A DNA stretch of 64,000 nt from an uncultured delta proteobacterium (GTDB lineage: Bacteria > Desulfobacterota > Binatia > UBA9968), in contig CAVWLW010000036.1 of assembly GCA_963755715.1 (NCBI GenBank), forward strand, positions 32,001 to 96,000, given 5' to 3'. Made by a program: the position numbers and the translations under genes. The notes below the pieces were generated by a model, which worked only from the letters and a program-made list of their open reading frames with translations, searched no databases and was not told where the DNA came from. This document shows, one piece after another, positions 21,614 to 31,633 of the stretch (within the stretch, counting starts at the first letter, position 1; each line of letters begins with the position of its first letter).

Positions 21614-22399
21614 TTAGCGCATCTTTTCAATCGTCGCGATGCGCTCGTCGAGCCCTGGGTGCGTGGATAGAAATCCCCCGCCGGCGCTGCCGGAAACTCG
21701 GCGAATCCAGGTAAGCGCATCGAGCATCGTGTCTTTGGAATATCCGGCGCGGCGCAGGATATCGACGCCATGACGGTCCGCGGCATACTCTTCAGTGCGA
21801 CCATAACCGCGCGCCACGAGCTCGCCCGCGATAGGCGCAAGCACGCCGGCCGCCGGAAATAACTGCTGCAGTCCGGCGCTCAAAATATTGAGTCCCGCAC
21901 CAAGCACCTGTGCTTTCGCCACGTGGCCGAGATCTTCGTGGGCGATCTCATGCGCCAACACACCGCGCAGCTGATCGTCGTTGGCGCGACGCAAAAGTCC
22001 CGCGGTGATGTAGAACTCGCAATTACCCGCGTTGGCGGCATTGATCTCATTTTGATTGATGATGCCCACCCGCACTTGGTCGGCCCGGCAAGGATGATCC
22101 ATCGCCTGGAGAAGCGGTATCATCACTCGACGCAAACGTTCGGCGTCAGCAGAGTCGAGGCGCCGCGATGGGGGCGGGGGTGCCGATGAGTAGTCGTCCC
22201 TCTGGCTGGGAGCCCGGCGGCTCGGCGCGGGTGCAGGGACGACACAGGCGGACAAGGTCGCCGCCAAGAACAGCAAAGCTACAATGACAGTTCCTGGTTT
22301 CGGACTTCCGGTTTCTAGTTTTCGTCCAATCGGGAACTTGTAAGTGGTGACTAGAAACCGCGATCCAGACTTTCTATTCACTCTAGGCTGATACAACAT
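21614..22399 (-). CDS. M48 family metallopeptidase, lipoprotein
   Basis: INAAN, HEIAH, EYAAD, FLSTHP motifs; lipobox LSAC. Confidence 0.9.
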   Translation of the reverse strand: MLYQPRVNRKSGSRFLVTTYKFPIGRKLETGSPKPGTVIVALLFLAATLSACVVPAPAPSRRAPSQRDDYSSAPPPPSRRLDSADAERLRRVMIPLLQAMDHPCRADQVRVGIINQNEINAANAGNCEFYITAGLLRRANDDQLRGVLAHEIAHEDLGHVAKAQVLGAGLNILSAGLQQLFPAAGVLAPIAGELVARGYGRTEEYAADRHGVDILRRAGYSKDTMLDALTWIRRVSGSAGGGFLSTHPGLDERIATIEKMR

Positions 22400-22414
22400 C
22401 GAACCAACTCTCGT

Positions 22415-23287
22415 TTAAGACGCCGGGCGGCGCGTCTCGGACGCGGTCGCCTCCGTTCGACTTTTGTTGTCTTGCACCAGATCCAAATACACAGTGCCGA
22501 ATACGATCTTGCTGCTGAGCTTGATCGGCAGGCGGCGCGCATCCGCCGAAATCCAAATCGTCGCTTCGTTTAAGCGCCCGGCGTAGCCTCTTTTGGTTAT
22601 GTTTTGGATGCGCGGGATGATCCGATAGGCTTCGACGGTTTTACCCGACGCAAGCTCCACCGGTTCTTTTTTCTCGACGAATAATTCGAGCAGATACTGG
22701 TAGCGCCCGCCGAAGACTTTGAAATAAAGTCGATCACCAACTTTGAAGTCCGAGCTCCGGGCTAAATACACCGCCGTAATCGGATCGAGAGTATTTTGCG
22801 CGTCGAACTGATAGATTTTCGGCTGTTTACCGACCTGCTGGCGATTGACTGCCCACTTTTTAGTCGTCTGATCCAGCCGGGCTTCGGTGTCGATCACTCT
22901 GGAATTTTCTCGCTGACTAAAGCTAAAGTGCGAAGGGAAAAGCGCCTTGGCGTCGAATGTCGAGCTGATCGAGTCGCGCATCTTCCATATAAAGTCGAGC
23001 ACCCTCGAAGTTTTTGCTTCGACCCGCACTTGGTACACTTTTTTCCCGCCGATAACCGTCGGGATCGTGTGAACTTCGGCGGTCGCCACTGCGATCATGC
23101 CGTTCCAACTGGCCAAATAGACTTCCTTTTCACCGCCTTCAAAAGGAAAATATTTCGGTTGGTAAGCCGGCACCGCCTCGGGCTTGATCATCGGGGGGTC
23201 GGCTGCGGGAGTTGGAAACGCGTAAACGCCAATCATGACAAGCGCAAGCGCGCCCAAGACATTCATCTTGAATCTATGTTTTGACAT
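22415..23287 (-). CDS. DUF3108 family exported protein
   Basis: PFEGGEK..Y..SW, TLDPITAVY, IWISADARRLPIKL pattern. Confidence 0.75.
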   Translation of the reverse strand: MSKHRFKMNVLGALALVMIGVYAFPTPAADPPMIKPEAVPAYQPKYFPFEGGEKEVYLASWNGMIAVATAEVHTIPTVIGGKKVYQVRVEAKTSRVLDFIWKMRDSISSTFDAKALFPSHFSFSQRENSRVIDTEARLDQTTKKWAVNRQQVGKQPKIYQFDAQNTLDPITAVYLARSSDFKVGDRLYFKVFGGRYQYLLELFVEKKEPVELASGKTVEAYRIIPRIQNITKRGYAGRLNEATIWISADARRLPIKLSSKIVFGTVYLDLVQDNKSRTEATASETRRPAS

Positions 23288-23487
23288 GGCAACTTCTTAG
23301 ACGATTCGACCGGCGAATCGTTTATGTCCACAGTACCATAAAACCTGCCTATTTTAATATTTAATATCACTGCGCCAACTCCCGTCGCGGCATCGCTACC
23401 GGCACAATTTCGGTGCAATGTCTGAAATAAAATTGCAGCCGCCGAGCAATTTGGCTACTATCGGGGAGATCTTGGGGAGGATCTCTC

Positions 23488-24654
23488 GTGAAAAGATGCG
23501 ATGCGCGGATACTCAAGCTCTTGCTGGCATGGCTTATCACCGCTTCACTGCATTGGCCGGTATCGGCTCAAGAAGCCGGACAGTCCGTCGCTCCGCCGGC
23601 GACGTCGACCCTGCCGAGCCGTCAAGCCATTAAAGATTGCCTGAACACGGCGCGCGGCGCGGAGTGTCTCGACCAACTTTTTCGCCAAACTCTAAAAGAC
23701 CATTCGACCGTCGAGGCGCTGGGGCTGATCGCGCGTTTGGAGGCGGAAGATCCGGAGCTCAGACGCGATTGCCATCCGGTCGTCCACGCTATTGGCCGGG
23801 AAACTTATCGGATCAAGGGCAACATCCACGACTCGTTTCTCGCTTGCGATCAGACCTGCCATTCGGGCTGCTATCACGGCTCGGTGGAACGCTTTCTGCG
23901 CGGCGAGGAGATCTACGCCCAAATCGACAAACATCCGAGCACCGCTGAACTGAAACAAAAGACCGCGATCGCCTGCGATCCAAAAGTTCCGTATCGCTTC
24001 CGTTTTCAATGTTTGCATGGCCTCGGCCATGCCCTGCTGTTTTTCTCCCGCTACCAGTTGGCTCAGTCCCTGGAAGTCTGCGACAGCCTGCCGGAGGAAT
24101 GGAGCCGCAACTCCTGCTACGGCGGCGTGTTCATGGAAAATGTTTTCAATGCCACGCCGGAAACGCGCGACTTGAGCCCGACCGATTATCACTACCCGTG
24201 CGATAAATTGGCTACCCAATACCGCGGCGAGTGTTACGTCATGCAAACCTCGCGTATGACGGAAATGGGACTCGGCACCGAAGCCATTTTTAAGGAATGT
24301 GAAAACGCCGGCGAGTTTCGCGAGCAATGCATGCTCTCCATCGGCCGCGACTTATCCAACGACGTGCGCTTCGGTGACACCGCAACGGCGCAAAAATGCG
24401 AGCTCGTAAACGGCGCCGGCCGGCGCGCCTGCATACGCGGCGTCGTCTACGCCTTGATCGATAACACTTGGGATGGTCGCTACGCCTTGCCGTTCTGCGC
24501 CGCGTTTAGCCAAGAGAGCGACCAGAGCGCCTGCTTCGAGCTCAGCGCGCAATATTTGAAAGGCACGTTTGAAAAACCGCCTGCCGAAATAAGCCAGGAA
24601 TGCTCGAGGTACTTGAGTCGACCCGCCCGCTGTGCCGATCTCGCAACGCGCTGA
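23488..24654 (+). CDS. Exported cysteine/histidine-rich hypothetical protein
   Basis: Signal peptide; 20 Cys in mature part; CHPVVHAIG, CHSGCYHG, CLHGLGH, CYGGVFMEN. Confidence 0.8.
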   Translation: MKRCDARILKLLLAWLITASLHWPVSAQEAGQSVAPPATSTLPSRQAIKDCLNTARGAECLDQLFRQTLKDHSTVEALGLIARLEAEDPELRRDCHPVVHAIGRETYRIKGNIHDSFLACDQTCHSGCYHGSVERFLRGEEIYAQIDKHPSTAELKQKTAIACDPKVPYRFRFQCLHGLGHALLFFSRYQLAQSLEVCDSLPEEWSRNSCYGGVFMENVFNATPETRDLSPTDYHYPCDKLATQYRGECYVMQTSRMTEMGLGTEAIFKECENAGEFREQCMLSIGRDLSNDVRFGDTATAQKCELVNGAGRRACIRGVVYALIDNTWDGRYALPFCAAFSQESDQSACFELSAQYLKGTFEKPPAEISQECSRYLSRPARCADLATR

Positions 24655-24885
24655 TCAGACAGCCAGCGCGAACGTTTGTGATATCATAAATAGTAGTTGC
24701 CACCAGCTGAGGTAAGTGCAAGAGTAAAATAGAGGGTGCGAAATTGAAGTTCGCTCACTATGTTTCCACTCCAGGGCGGCGCGCTTCGTCCTTTGCAAAA
24801 ACCGATTATAAGCACCCGCACGCCAACAAACTCGCGGCGCATTTCAGCCAAACTAGACCCTTAGATAATCTTCCGTGAGTCAAAG

Positions 24886-25278
24886 ATGGTTACGGATCCG
24901 CCGCTTTTATTGCTGGTCGACGACGAGATGGGCGTGCGTGAATCCCTAAAAATGGTTTTCGGCAAAGTTTTCCGGTTGTTGGAAGCTGACAATATAGATG
25001 TCGCAATCGCTCAAGTGCGCGCCGCACATCCCGCCGTCGTGCTTCTCGACGTCTTGATGCCGAAAGCCGATGGCATCGAAGTGCTCCGGCGCATTAAAGA
25101 AATCGACCCCGGCTGCGCGGTCATTATGTTGACCGGCGTCAACTCCCAACAATTAGCGGCCAAAGCGATGGACTGCGGCGCCTTCGATTTTATCGGTAAG
25201 CCGTTCGATGTCGTTGATCTGCGTCAAAAAGTGGCGCGCGCCCTCGAACACGTTGGATCAGGAACACCGTCCCCATAG
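24886..25278 (+). CDS. Single-domain response regulator
   Basis: LLVDDE, LLDVLMPKADG, MLTG, KPFD. Confidence 0.9.
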   Translation: MVTDPPLLLLVDDEMGVRESLKMVFGKVFRLLEADNIDVAIAQVRAAHPAVVLLDVLMPKADGIEVLRRIKEIDPGCAVIMLTGVNSQQLAAKAMDCGAFDFIGKPFDVVDLRQKVARALEHVGSGTPSP

Positions 25279-25295
25279 CCGCTAGCACTAAGAAA

Positions 25296-25946
25296 ATGAC
25301 CGTGCCAGCTTCGTCGACGGTCGCCAAGACATGGCGATCGCTCAATCTCATCCTGTTCGCCGCGTTACTTATCGCCGGGTGCGCCCGCCTTAAACAGTGC
25401 GCCTACGAAGGCTTTAACCGCGACCACTGGCAGCAACCCGATAAGGTCATCAGCGCGCTCCACCTCCAACCCGGAAATATCGTCGCCGACCTCGGTTCGG
25501 GCGGCGGCTATTTTACTTTCAAGCTGGCGCAAGCGGTCGCCCCCACCGGAAAAGTGTATGCGGTGGATATCGATCGAGAGATGGTCGCCTTGATCGGCGA
25601 GCGCGCGAAAAACGAAGCTCCGTCAATCGTCGAAGCCATTCTCGCAAAACCAGACGATCCGGCCCTTCCCGCTACCGGCGTCGATGTGATTTTTACTGCG
25701 AATACCTATCATCACATCGACAACCGAGTGACGTACTTTGCAAACCTACGCAGGTATCTTCGTCCCGGCGGCAAAGTCGCTATCATCGACTTTGACCGTC
25801 GCGCTTGGCTGGAAGGACTGATGCGACACTACACGCCCGCTGAGTTCATTCAACGGGAGATGGAACAGGCGGGGTATGTTCTACAGCAGGATCTCGACTT
25901 TCTCGACCGGCAATCGTTTCTGGTTTTCACCGTTAAGGTTAGATAA
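25296..25946 (+). CDS. Class I SAM-dependent methyltransferase (lipoprotein)
   Basis: RDHWQQPD, ADLGSGGGYF, YHHI, LRPGG; lipobox IAGC. Confidence 0.88.
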   Translation: MTVPASSTVAKTWRSLNLILFAALLIAGCARLKQCAYEGFNRDHWQQPDKVISALHLQPGNIVADLGSGGGYFTFKLAQAVAPTGKVYAVDIDREMVALIGERAKNEAPSIVEAILAKPDDPALPATGVDVIFTANTYHHIDNRVTYFANLRRYLRPGGKVAIIDFDRRAWLEGLMRHYTPAEFIQREMEQAGYVLQQDLDFLDRQSFLVFTVKVR

Positions 25947-26150
25947 GAGCCGAACTCTTGGCAATTGCGAGGCTTAGTTGAAATAGCGCGCGGCAGGTAC
26001 GGCGCGAGCAAACGAACGCGCGCCACGCCTGCGCGCACTGCCGTAAACAGGCGAGCGCGCAGACGTGGACGAGAAATTTAGAATTACCAACCGGTGGGAC
26101 GAATCGTTGGCCGTGCGCGCAAAGAAGCTACGTCGATTAGAATGCGCGTA

Positions 26151-26414
26151 CTAGCGGTCCGGAGCAATTTCACTAATTTTTGGCTGGCCATCTTTTTCGC
26201 TGAAAGTCACGATCACCTTGGCGCCTTCTTTGACATTCTCGACGCCCTTGGTCTCTTTGGTCGTAAAGAGAGTCTCCTCGCCCCTTTCCGTTTTGAGTAC
26301 GATTTGATTCTCCGACGGCTTGACCTTCAGCACAGTTCCTTTCAGCTCGGCCGCGTTCGCAGCCAATCCGAACAGTAAAAGAAATATCGAGAGTGTGATG
26401 GCTTTACGCATCAC
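26151..26414 (-). CDS. Small exported beta-barrel/OB-fold-like protein
   Basis: Signal peptide ..ANAA; KGTVLKV...VKEGAKVIVTF; GGGAG RBS. Confidence 0.7.
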   Translation of the reverse strand: MMRKAITLSIFLLLFGLAANAAELKGTVLKVKPSENQIVLKTERGEETLFTTKETKGVENVKEGAKVIVTFSEKDGQPKISEIAPDR

Positions 26415-26511
26415 TTACTCCCGTCGATTTGATCGACGCGCCTATTAGCCTTCCGATTTAGCGGCATTCGATTTTTGTTCCGGCGTAGACCCTGTTGTTC
26501 CGGTATCGCCG

Positions 26512-26682
26512 CTATTCTGGGGAAGAGCTTGGCTGGTCGGGTGTCGACTTTTCCGGCGCCGGCGCAGGAGCCGAGCCGACCGAGGCTGGCGGTTCTTCAG
26601 ACTTTTTTTCACATCCGCCCAGCGATAATGCCAGCCCGAGGGTTGCGCCCGCAAGCCAGATCAATTTTGTGTTATTTTTCAT
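26512..26682 (-). CDS. Small Pro/Ser-rich lipoprotein (56 aa; may extend to 26445 via an indel)
   Basis: Manual translation MKNNTKLIWLAGATLGLALSLGGCEKKSEEPP...; GAGGAGG RBS; lipobox LGGC; absent from ORF track. Confidence 0.7.
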   Translation of the reverse strand: MKNNTKLIWLAGATLGLALSLGGCEKKSEEPPASVGSAPAPAPEKSTPDQPSSSPE

Positions 26683-26789
26683 TACTGCCTCCTCTTGGAA
26701 TAATTACATCAAAAAAATCATCCGCCGACTGGAACAGTGCCAAAGAACCGCACGGCTCGCGTGAACCGACCCGAGAATCTGCTCCGCCC

Positions 26790-26951
26790 TCAACGCGCCC
26801 TGCGATTGGTCGAGCTGTTGATTAAGTCCGAGAGAATATAAGCAACCAGCTCGTAACTCATTTTGTCATCGTGCACCTGCCGCTCCGCGGCGTCGGTTAA
26901 AGCCACGATAAAATCGCCCAAAGTTGTTTCAAGTTTACCGGTGAGCGCCAT
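26790..26951 (-). CDS. Small hypothetical protein (53 aa)
   Basis: GGAGGT RBS; MALTGKLETTLGDFIVALTDAAERQVHDDKMSYELVAYILSDLINSSTNRRAR; absent from ORF track. Confidence 0.65.
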   Translation of the reverse strand: MALTGKLETTLGDFIVALTDAAERQVHDDKMSYELVAYILSDLINSSTNRRAR

Positions 26952-27499
26952 GTCCACCTCCGCGAAATTACCTACCGCAAACCGCGGCGTTTAAAAACGT
27001 CGATATAAAAATGCATCAAACCATTCCCTCCACCCTGATTAGGTGGAGGTTCAGTCCATGTCCCGTTCAGATCTCGATGATATTTCCAAGAAACAGGAGA
27101 CGCGCACTGCCGCGCTATCAAGAGCGAGTGTCCGCAAGGGCTATACCAGCGCCTCACTCAAACCGTAAAGGCGCCAAAAATAAAAATATTTAGCAACTAG
27201 AAGACAGCGCGCATTTTTAGGTTTGTATGGGAATACCTTCGTAGTGTACTAAGAACAGTACGTTTCTCGATAGTAAAAGACTTCCTGTCAACCTTTGGTG
27301 ACAGTTTTAAGTTTTTCGTCGTCCTGGCTAAATAAACAATTGTAAATATAGTCGCGCGCTGTGTCGAAATGCGTTTTAATAAATAATTTTTTTGCTCCAG
27401 GCCAAGCCAACCGCCGTGAAAATAATTTTGCCCACGGCAGTCCTTCGACCTTGCTCCCCTGGAGGAAAATAGGTAATTTACCCACGAACCGGAGCTTTC

Positions 27500-29500
27500 T
27501 TGACGACGACCTACATTCTCAAAAATTCCATACCAACCGATCGCAACAGCTCAGGGCTCGATTACCGTAATGAGCTTAACCCAGCGCAGCATGAGGCGGC
27601 GACCGCTATGGAAGGCCCGCTGCTCATTATTGCCGGCGCGGGGACGGGTAAGACTCGAACTCTGGTTTATCGCGTCGCCCATCTGATCGATCAGGGCGTC
27701 GATCCGCGCTCGATCCTGCTCCTCACCTTCACGCGCCGTGCCGCCGAGGAAATGCTTCGGCGCGCCAGTCTTTTGATCGATAGCCGGTGTAGCCAAGTTG
27801 CCGGTGGCACCTTCCACTCCTTTGCCAACCTAGTCCTGCGCAAGTCCGGCCGCCATATCGGTCTGTCGCCGTCGTTCACTATTATGGACCGGCCCGATAG
27901 CGAAGACGTGATTCAATTGATTCGCACGGACATGGGGCTCAACCTCAAAGAAAAACGCTTTCCGCGCAAACAGACTGTGGCGGAGATTTTCAGCATGACG
28001 CTGAACAAGCACACGCCGCTCAGCGATTTGCTCGAGCTGGAATATCCCCACCTGGTCGACGTCAATTTTGAGCTCGCCGAGCTTTTCCGCCGCTACATCG
28101 ATTATAAACGCACCAAGTCGCTGGTCGATTATGACGATCTCTTGACCGGGTTGCGCGACCTACTGGCCGATCACGCCGAAGTGCGCCAGCGGCTCTCCGA
28201 CACTTACCGCTTCATCATGGTCGACGAATACCAGGACACCAATCACTTGCAGGCGGAAATCGTCCGGCTGCTCGCCGCGACTCACGACAACGTCGCGGTG
28301 GTCGGCGACGACGCGCAAAGCATTTATTCGTTCCGCGGCGCCAATTTTCGCAACATCATGGATTTTCCCAAACACTTCCCCGGCGCGCGTATCATCAAGC
28401 TCGAAGAAAACTACCGCAGCACTCAACCGATTTTGAATCTGACCAACGAGATCATTCAGCGCGCCAAAGAAGGCTACGACAAGCGCCTGTTCACCAGCAA
28501 AAGCTCGGGCGCGCGTCCCAAGCTCGTCCAGGCCGGCAGCGAGCAGATGCAGTCGCAATTTGTCTGTCAGAAAATTCTCGAACTGCGCGAGGAGGGCGTG
28601 CCGCTGTGGGACATCGCCGTGCTGTTTCGCTCGAGCTTCCATTCCTTCGATCTGGAAGTCGAACTGACGCGGCACAAAATTCCGTTCGTCAAACGCGGTG
28701 GTTTTCAATTCATGGAAACCACCCATGTGAAAGATCTGCTGGCTCATTTGCGCGTTTTAGCCAACCCGCAGGACACGATTTCCTGGAACCGCATCTTACT
28801 CTTGCTCGAAGGCATCGGCCCGGGCGCCGCTCAAAAAATCACCAAATGGCTCCTCGGCGGCCAAAATGCCGTCGAGCGGCTGCGCTCCTACCAAGCCAAA
28901 GGCAAAGTCGCTCAGGAGCTGAGAACGCTTGCCCAAGTGCTCGAAGAAGCCGCACACGCCGAGTTGCCGCAGGAGCAAATGCAGTATCTGCTGCAGTATT
29001 ACGTGCCCCTACTCAAGCAGAATCACCCGGACGACCATCCCAAACGTCTGCGCGACCTGGAGCATTTTCAGGGCATGATGGAACGCTACCGAAGCCTCGA
29101 AACTTTGCTGAGCGACATGGCGCTCGAGCCGCCCAACGACAGCATCGGCGGCGTGCTGGCGGTCGATCCCGACGAGGGGCCGTTGGTTTTGTCGACCATT
29201 CATTCGGCCAAAGGATTGGAATTTCACTCGGTGTTTATTATCTGGGCTTTGGAAGGACGATTTCCGTCGTTTTACAACCTAAACTCCGATGAAGATTTGG
29301 AAGAAGAGCGCCGTCTGCTCTACGTCGCAGCCACCCGCGCCAAACAAAATCTTTTTATGAGCTATCCGAACCGGGTTTTCGATAAGACATTGCGCATGGT
29401 TCTGTCCCGCCCGTCACAATTTATCGACGGAATATCGTCGAGACTACTCGAACCGGTCGCCCTCGTCCCCGAGGGATCTTACTGGGATTGGGAGAGTTAG
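27500..29500 (+). CDS. UvrD/PcrA/Rep family ATP-dependent helicase
   Basis: AGAGTGKT, VDEYQDTN, VGDDAQSIYSFRGA, LEENYRS, TIHSAKGLEF, EEERRLLYVA. Confidence 0.95.
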   Translation: MTTTYILKNSIPTDRNSSGLDYRNELNPAQHEAATAMEGPLLIIAGAGTGKTRTLVYRVAHLIDQGVDPRSILLLTFTRRAAEEMLRRASLLIDSRCSQVAGGTFHSFANLVLRKSGRHIGLSPSFTIMDRPDSEDVIQLIRTDMGLNLKEKRFPRKQTVAEIFSMTLNKHTPLSDLLELEYPHLVDVNFELAELFRRYIDYKRTKSLVDYDDLLTGLRDLLADHAEVRQRLSDTYRFIMVDEYQDTNHLQAEIVRLLAATHDNVAVVGDDAQSIYSFRGANFRNIMDFPKHFPGARIIKLEENYRSTQPILNLTNEIIQRAKEGYDKRLFTSKSSGARPKLVQAGSEQMQSQFVCQKILELREEGVPLWDIAVLFRSSFHSFDLEVELTRHKIPFVKRGGFQFMETTHVKDLLAHLRVLANPQDTISWNRILLLLEGIGPGAAQKITKWLLGGQNAVERLRSYQAKGKVAQELRTLAQVLEEAAHAELPQEQMQYLLQYYVPLLKQNHPDDHPKRLRDLEHFQGMMERYRSLETLLSDMALEPPNDSIGGVLAVDPDEGPLVLSTIHSAKGLEFHSVFIIWALEGRFPSFYNLNSDEDLEEERRLLYVAATRAKQNLFMSYPNRVFDKTLRMVLSRPSQFIDGISSRLLEPVALVPEGSYWDWES

Positions 29501-29503
29501 AAG

Positions 29504-31012
29504 ATGGTGCAACTACTGCTCAACTTTGTCGTTTTCATCAGTGGCGCAGTATTGATGTCCCTCGAAATCGTCGGCAGCCGCGTGCTCGCCCCCAACTTCG
29601 GCAGCTCGATCTTCGTCTGGGGCAGCTTGATCTCGGTGGTGATGGCCGCGTTGAGTATCGGCTATTATTGGGGCGGCTGGTTATCGGCGCGGGAACCCTC
29701 CTACGGCAAGCTGCTCGTGTTGCTCCTGATCCCCGGCATTTTAATTTTCTTTCTGCCGTTCATTTATCCCGCGATCAACGACTGGATCGCCGGCGTCGAT
29801 TTCGGCAATCGTCTCAATCCGCTGGTCTCGTGCAGCGCGCTCTTCCTTTTGCCGGGAGTATTTCTAGGCACGATCTCCCCTTACGCGATCCGTCTCGCCG
29901 CGACCCAATTGCACACCGTCGGCAGCACCGCCGGCACGCTTTACGCCGTGTCGACTTGCGGCAGCATCTGCGGCACGCTGCTGACGGCTTTTTACCTGAT
30001 CCCCGTGCTCGGCGTGGCCAACATTATTCACGCACTCGGCATCACGCTGGCATGTTTGTCTTTGGTTGTAGTACCCTTGGTCCGGCTGCGGGGCGTTTCT
30101 TTGTCGCGGGCTGTCGCCACCGTGTCACTCGCCCTCGGATCACTGAACCTTTTTTGGCCGCCGGTGGCCTGGGCAAAAACCATCTTGCAAAAAGAAACCT
30201 TTTATCACCGCATTCGCATCGAAGAAGACGATGAAGCGCGCTACATGTATTTCGACCGCACGCTTCAGAGTGCCATGAATCTAAAAGATCCGACGGCATT
30301 GCGCCTGATTTACTCGCGCTACACGTCCCTGGGCTTCGCTTTCCGGCCTGACGCGAAGAAAATGTTGATCATCGGCGTGGGCGGCGGCTCGATACCGAAA
30401 AAAGTGCAGAAAGAATTTCCCAACATGGAGATCGATGCCGTTGAGATCGATCCCGAGGTGATCAAGATCGCCAAGGACCACTTCAACATCAAGGAGGGGA
30501 AAAATCTGCGCCTGCACGCGCTGGACGGCCGGCTCTTTTTAACGCGCACGCAGAATCAGTACGATATTATTCTGCTCGACGCCTATTTCACCGATGCGAT
30601 TCCGTTTCATCTCACGACTCGGGAATTTTTTGAATTGGCCCAGAAAAAGCTCACGCCGAACGGCATCATCGTCGCCAATCTGATCAGCGCCGTCACCGGT
30701 CCGTCCGGTAAAATCGTCCGTGCTTTCGTCCGCACCCAGCGGCAAATTTTTCCGCAGACCTATGTCTTCGCCGCGCGCCGCCCGGACAACGTGAGCCTGG
30801 ATACGATTCAGAACGTCATTGTGGTTGCGACGCGCGACAAGCAACGGCTGGACATCAAAGAGATCGTCAAGCGCGCCGCGGCGATCGACAAAGGATTGTT
30901 CCCGGATCCCATCCAAGACATCGCAGTGGCTTATTTCGACAGACCGATCCCCGAAGATGTGCCGATATTAACCGATGATTACGCGCCGACGGACGATCTG
31001 CTCAATCCTTAG
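29504..31012 (+). CDS. Fused membrane domain/spermidine synthase-like protein
   Basis: FISGAVLMSLEI..SR TM domain; IGVGGGS, VEIDPEV, DGRLFL, LTDDYAP. Confidence 0.88.
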   Translation: MVQLLLNFVVFISGAVLMSLEIVGSRVLAPNFGSSIFVWGSLISVVMAALSIGYYWGGWLSAREPSYGKLLVLLLIPGILIFFLPFIYPAINDWIAGVDFGNRLNPLVSCSALFLLPGVFLGTISPYAIRLAATQLHTVGSTAGTLYAVSTCGSICGTLLTAFYLIPVLGVANIIHALGITLACLSLVVVPLVRLRGVSLSRAVATVSLALGSLNLFWPPVAWAKTILQKETFYHRIRIEEDDEARYMYFDRTLQSAMNLKDPTALRLIYSRYTSLGFAFRPDAKKMLIIGVGGGSIPKKVQKEFPNMEIDAVEIDPEVIKIAKDHFNIKEGKNLRLHALDGRLFLTRTQNQYDIILLDAYFTDAIPFHLTTREFFELAQKKLTPNGIIVANLISAVTGPSGKIVRAFVRTQRQIFPQTYVFAARRPDNVSLDTIQNVIVVATRDKQRLDIKEIVKRAAAIDKGLFPDPIQDIAVAYFDRPIPEDVPILTDDYAPTDDLLNP

Positions 31013-31628
31013 CGCGCTTTTCATCTGCTCTTGTTCGGTTCTCGGCCCTGACGTGGAGCAACGACTCGTGCGGATCAAAGTCCTCGCCGACGTTTCCTTC
31101 CGCGCGCGCAATCCGAACTGGTCCCAAGAGGTCCGCGGGCTCATCGAAGCCGCCTCGGACTATTATGAGAGAGAATTTGACATTCGGCTCGTGAGCCAAA
31201 GCGTCTCGCCGTGGCCCGAGAAAGAACGCATTCCTTCCACTCCCGAACTGCTCGCCAGACTTAAAAAAGAATGGGCTGTCTCCGGAAAGAACGATGGCTA
31301 CGATTTAATCGTGCTTTTCACAGCCGAGGGCGTTAGCCGGATCTTGACTACGGGTCGGCCGCGCGTCGATCGTATCGGCAATTGCACTGAAGGATTGGCG
31401 AATTATGTAATCGTGCCGGTTACCGCGGTTTTTCACTACCGCGGTCCGAACGCTGAACTGGAGTTCGACGAGATCGCCTTGATTCACGAGCTCGGTCACG
31501 TCTTCGGCGCCGAGCATGTCAATGACAGAGATTCCCTGATGCACGAAGAGTTCGGCTACCGAACCGAGTTCGACGCTAAGAATCGCGCGACGGTCCAGAA
31601 AAACCGCTTGTGCCCATTTGCCAAATAG
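30975..31628 (+). CDS. Zinc metallopeptidase (metzincin/M12-like), putative lipoprotein
   Basis: HELGHVFGAEH plus Met-turn SLM; N-terminal ICSC. Confidence 0.8.
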   Translation: MITRRRTICSILSALFICSCSVLGPDVEQRLVRIKVLADVSFRARNPNWSQEVRGLIEAASDYYEREFDIRLVSQSVSPWPEKERIPSTPELLARLKKEWAVSGKNDGYDLIVLFTAEGVSRILTTGRPRVDRIGNCTEGLANYVIVPVTAVFHYRGPNAELEFDEIALIHELGHVFGAEHVNDRDSLMHEEFGYRTEFDAKNRATVQKNRLCPFAK

Positions 31629-31633
31629 CGAAG

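Noticed and set aside
27200-27500. AT-rich region as oriC
   Set aside because: No perfect DnaA boxes and no dnaA/dnaN context.
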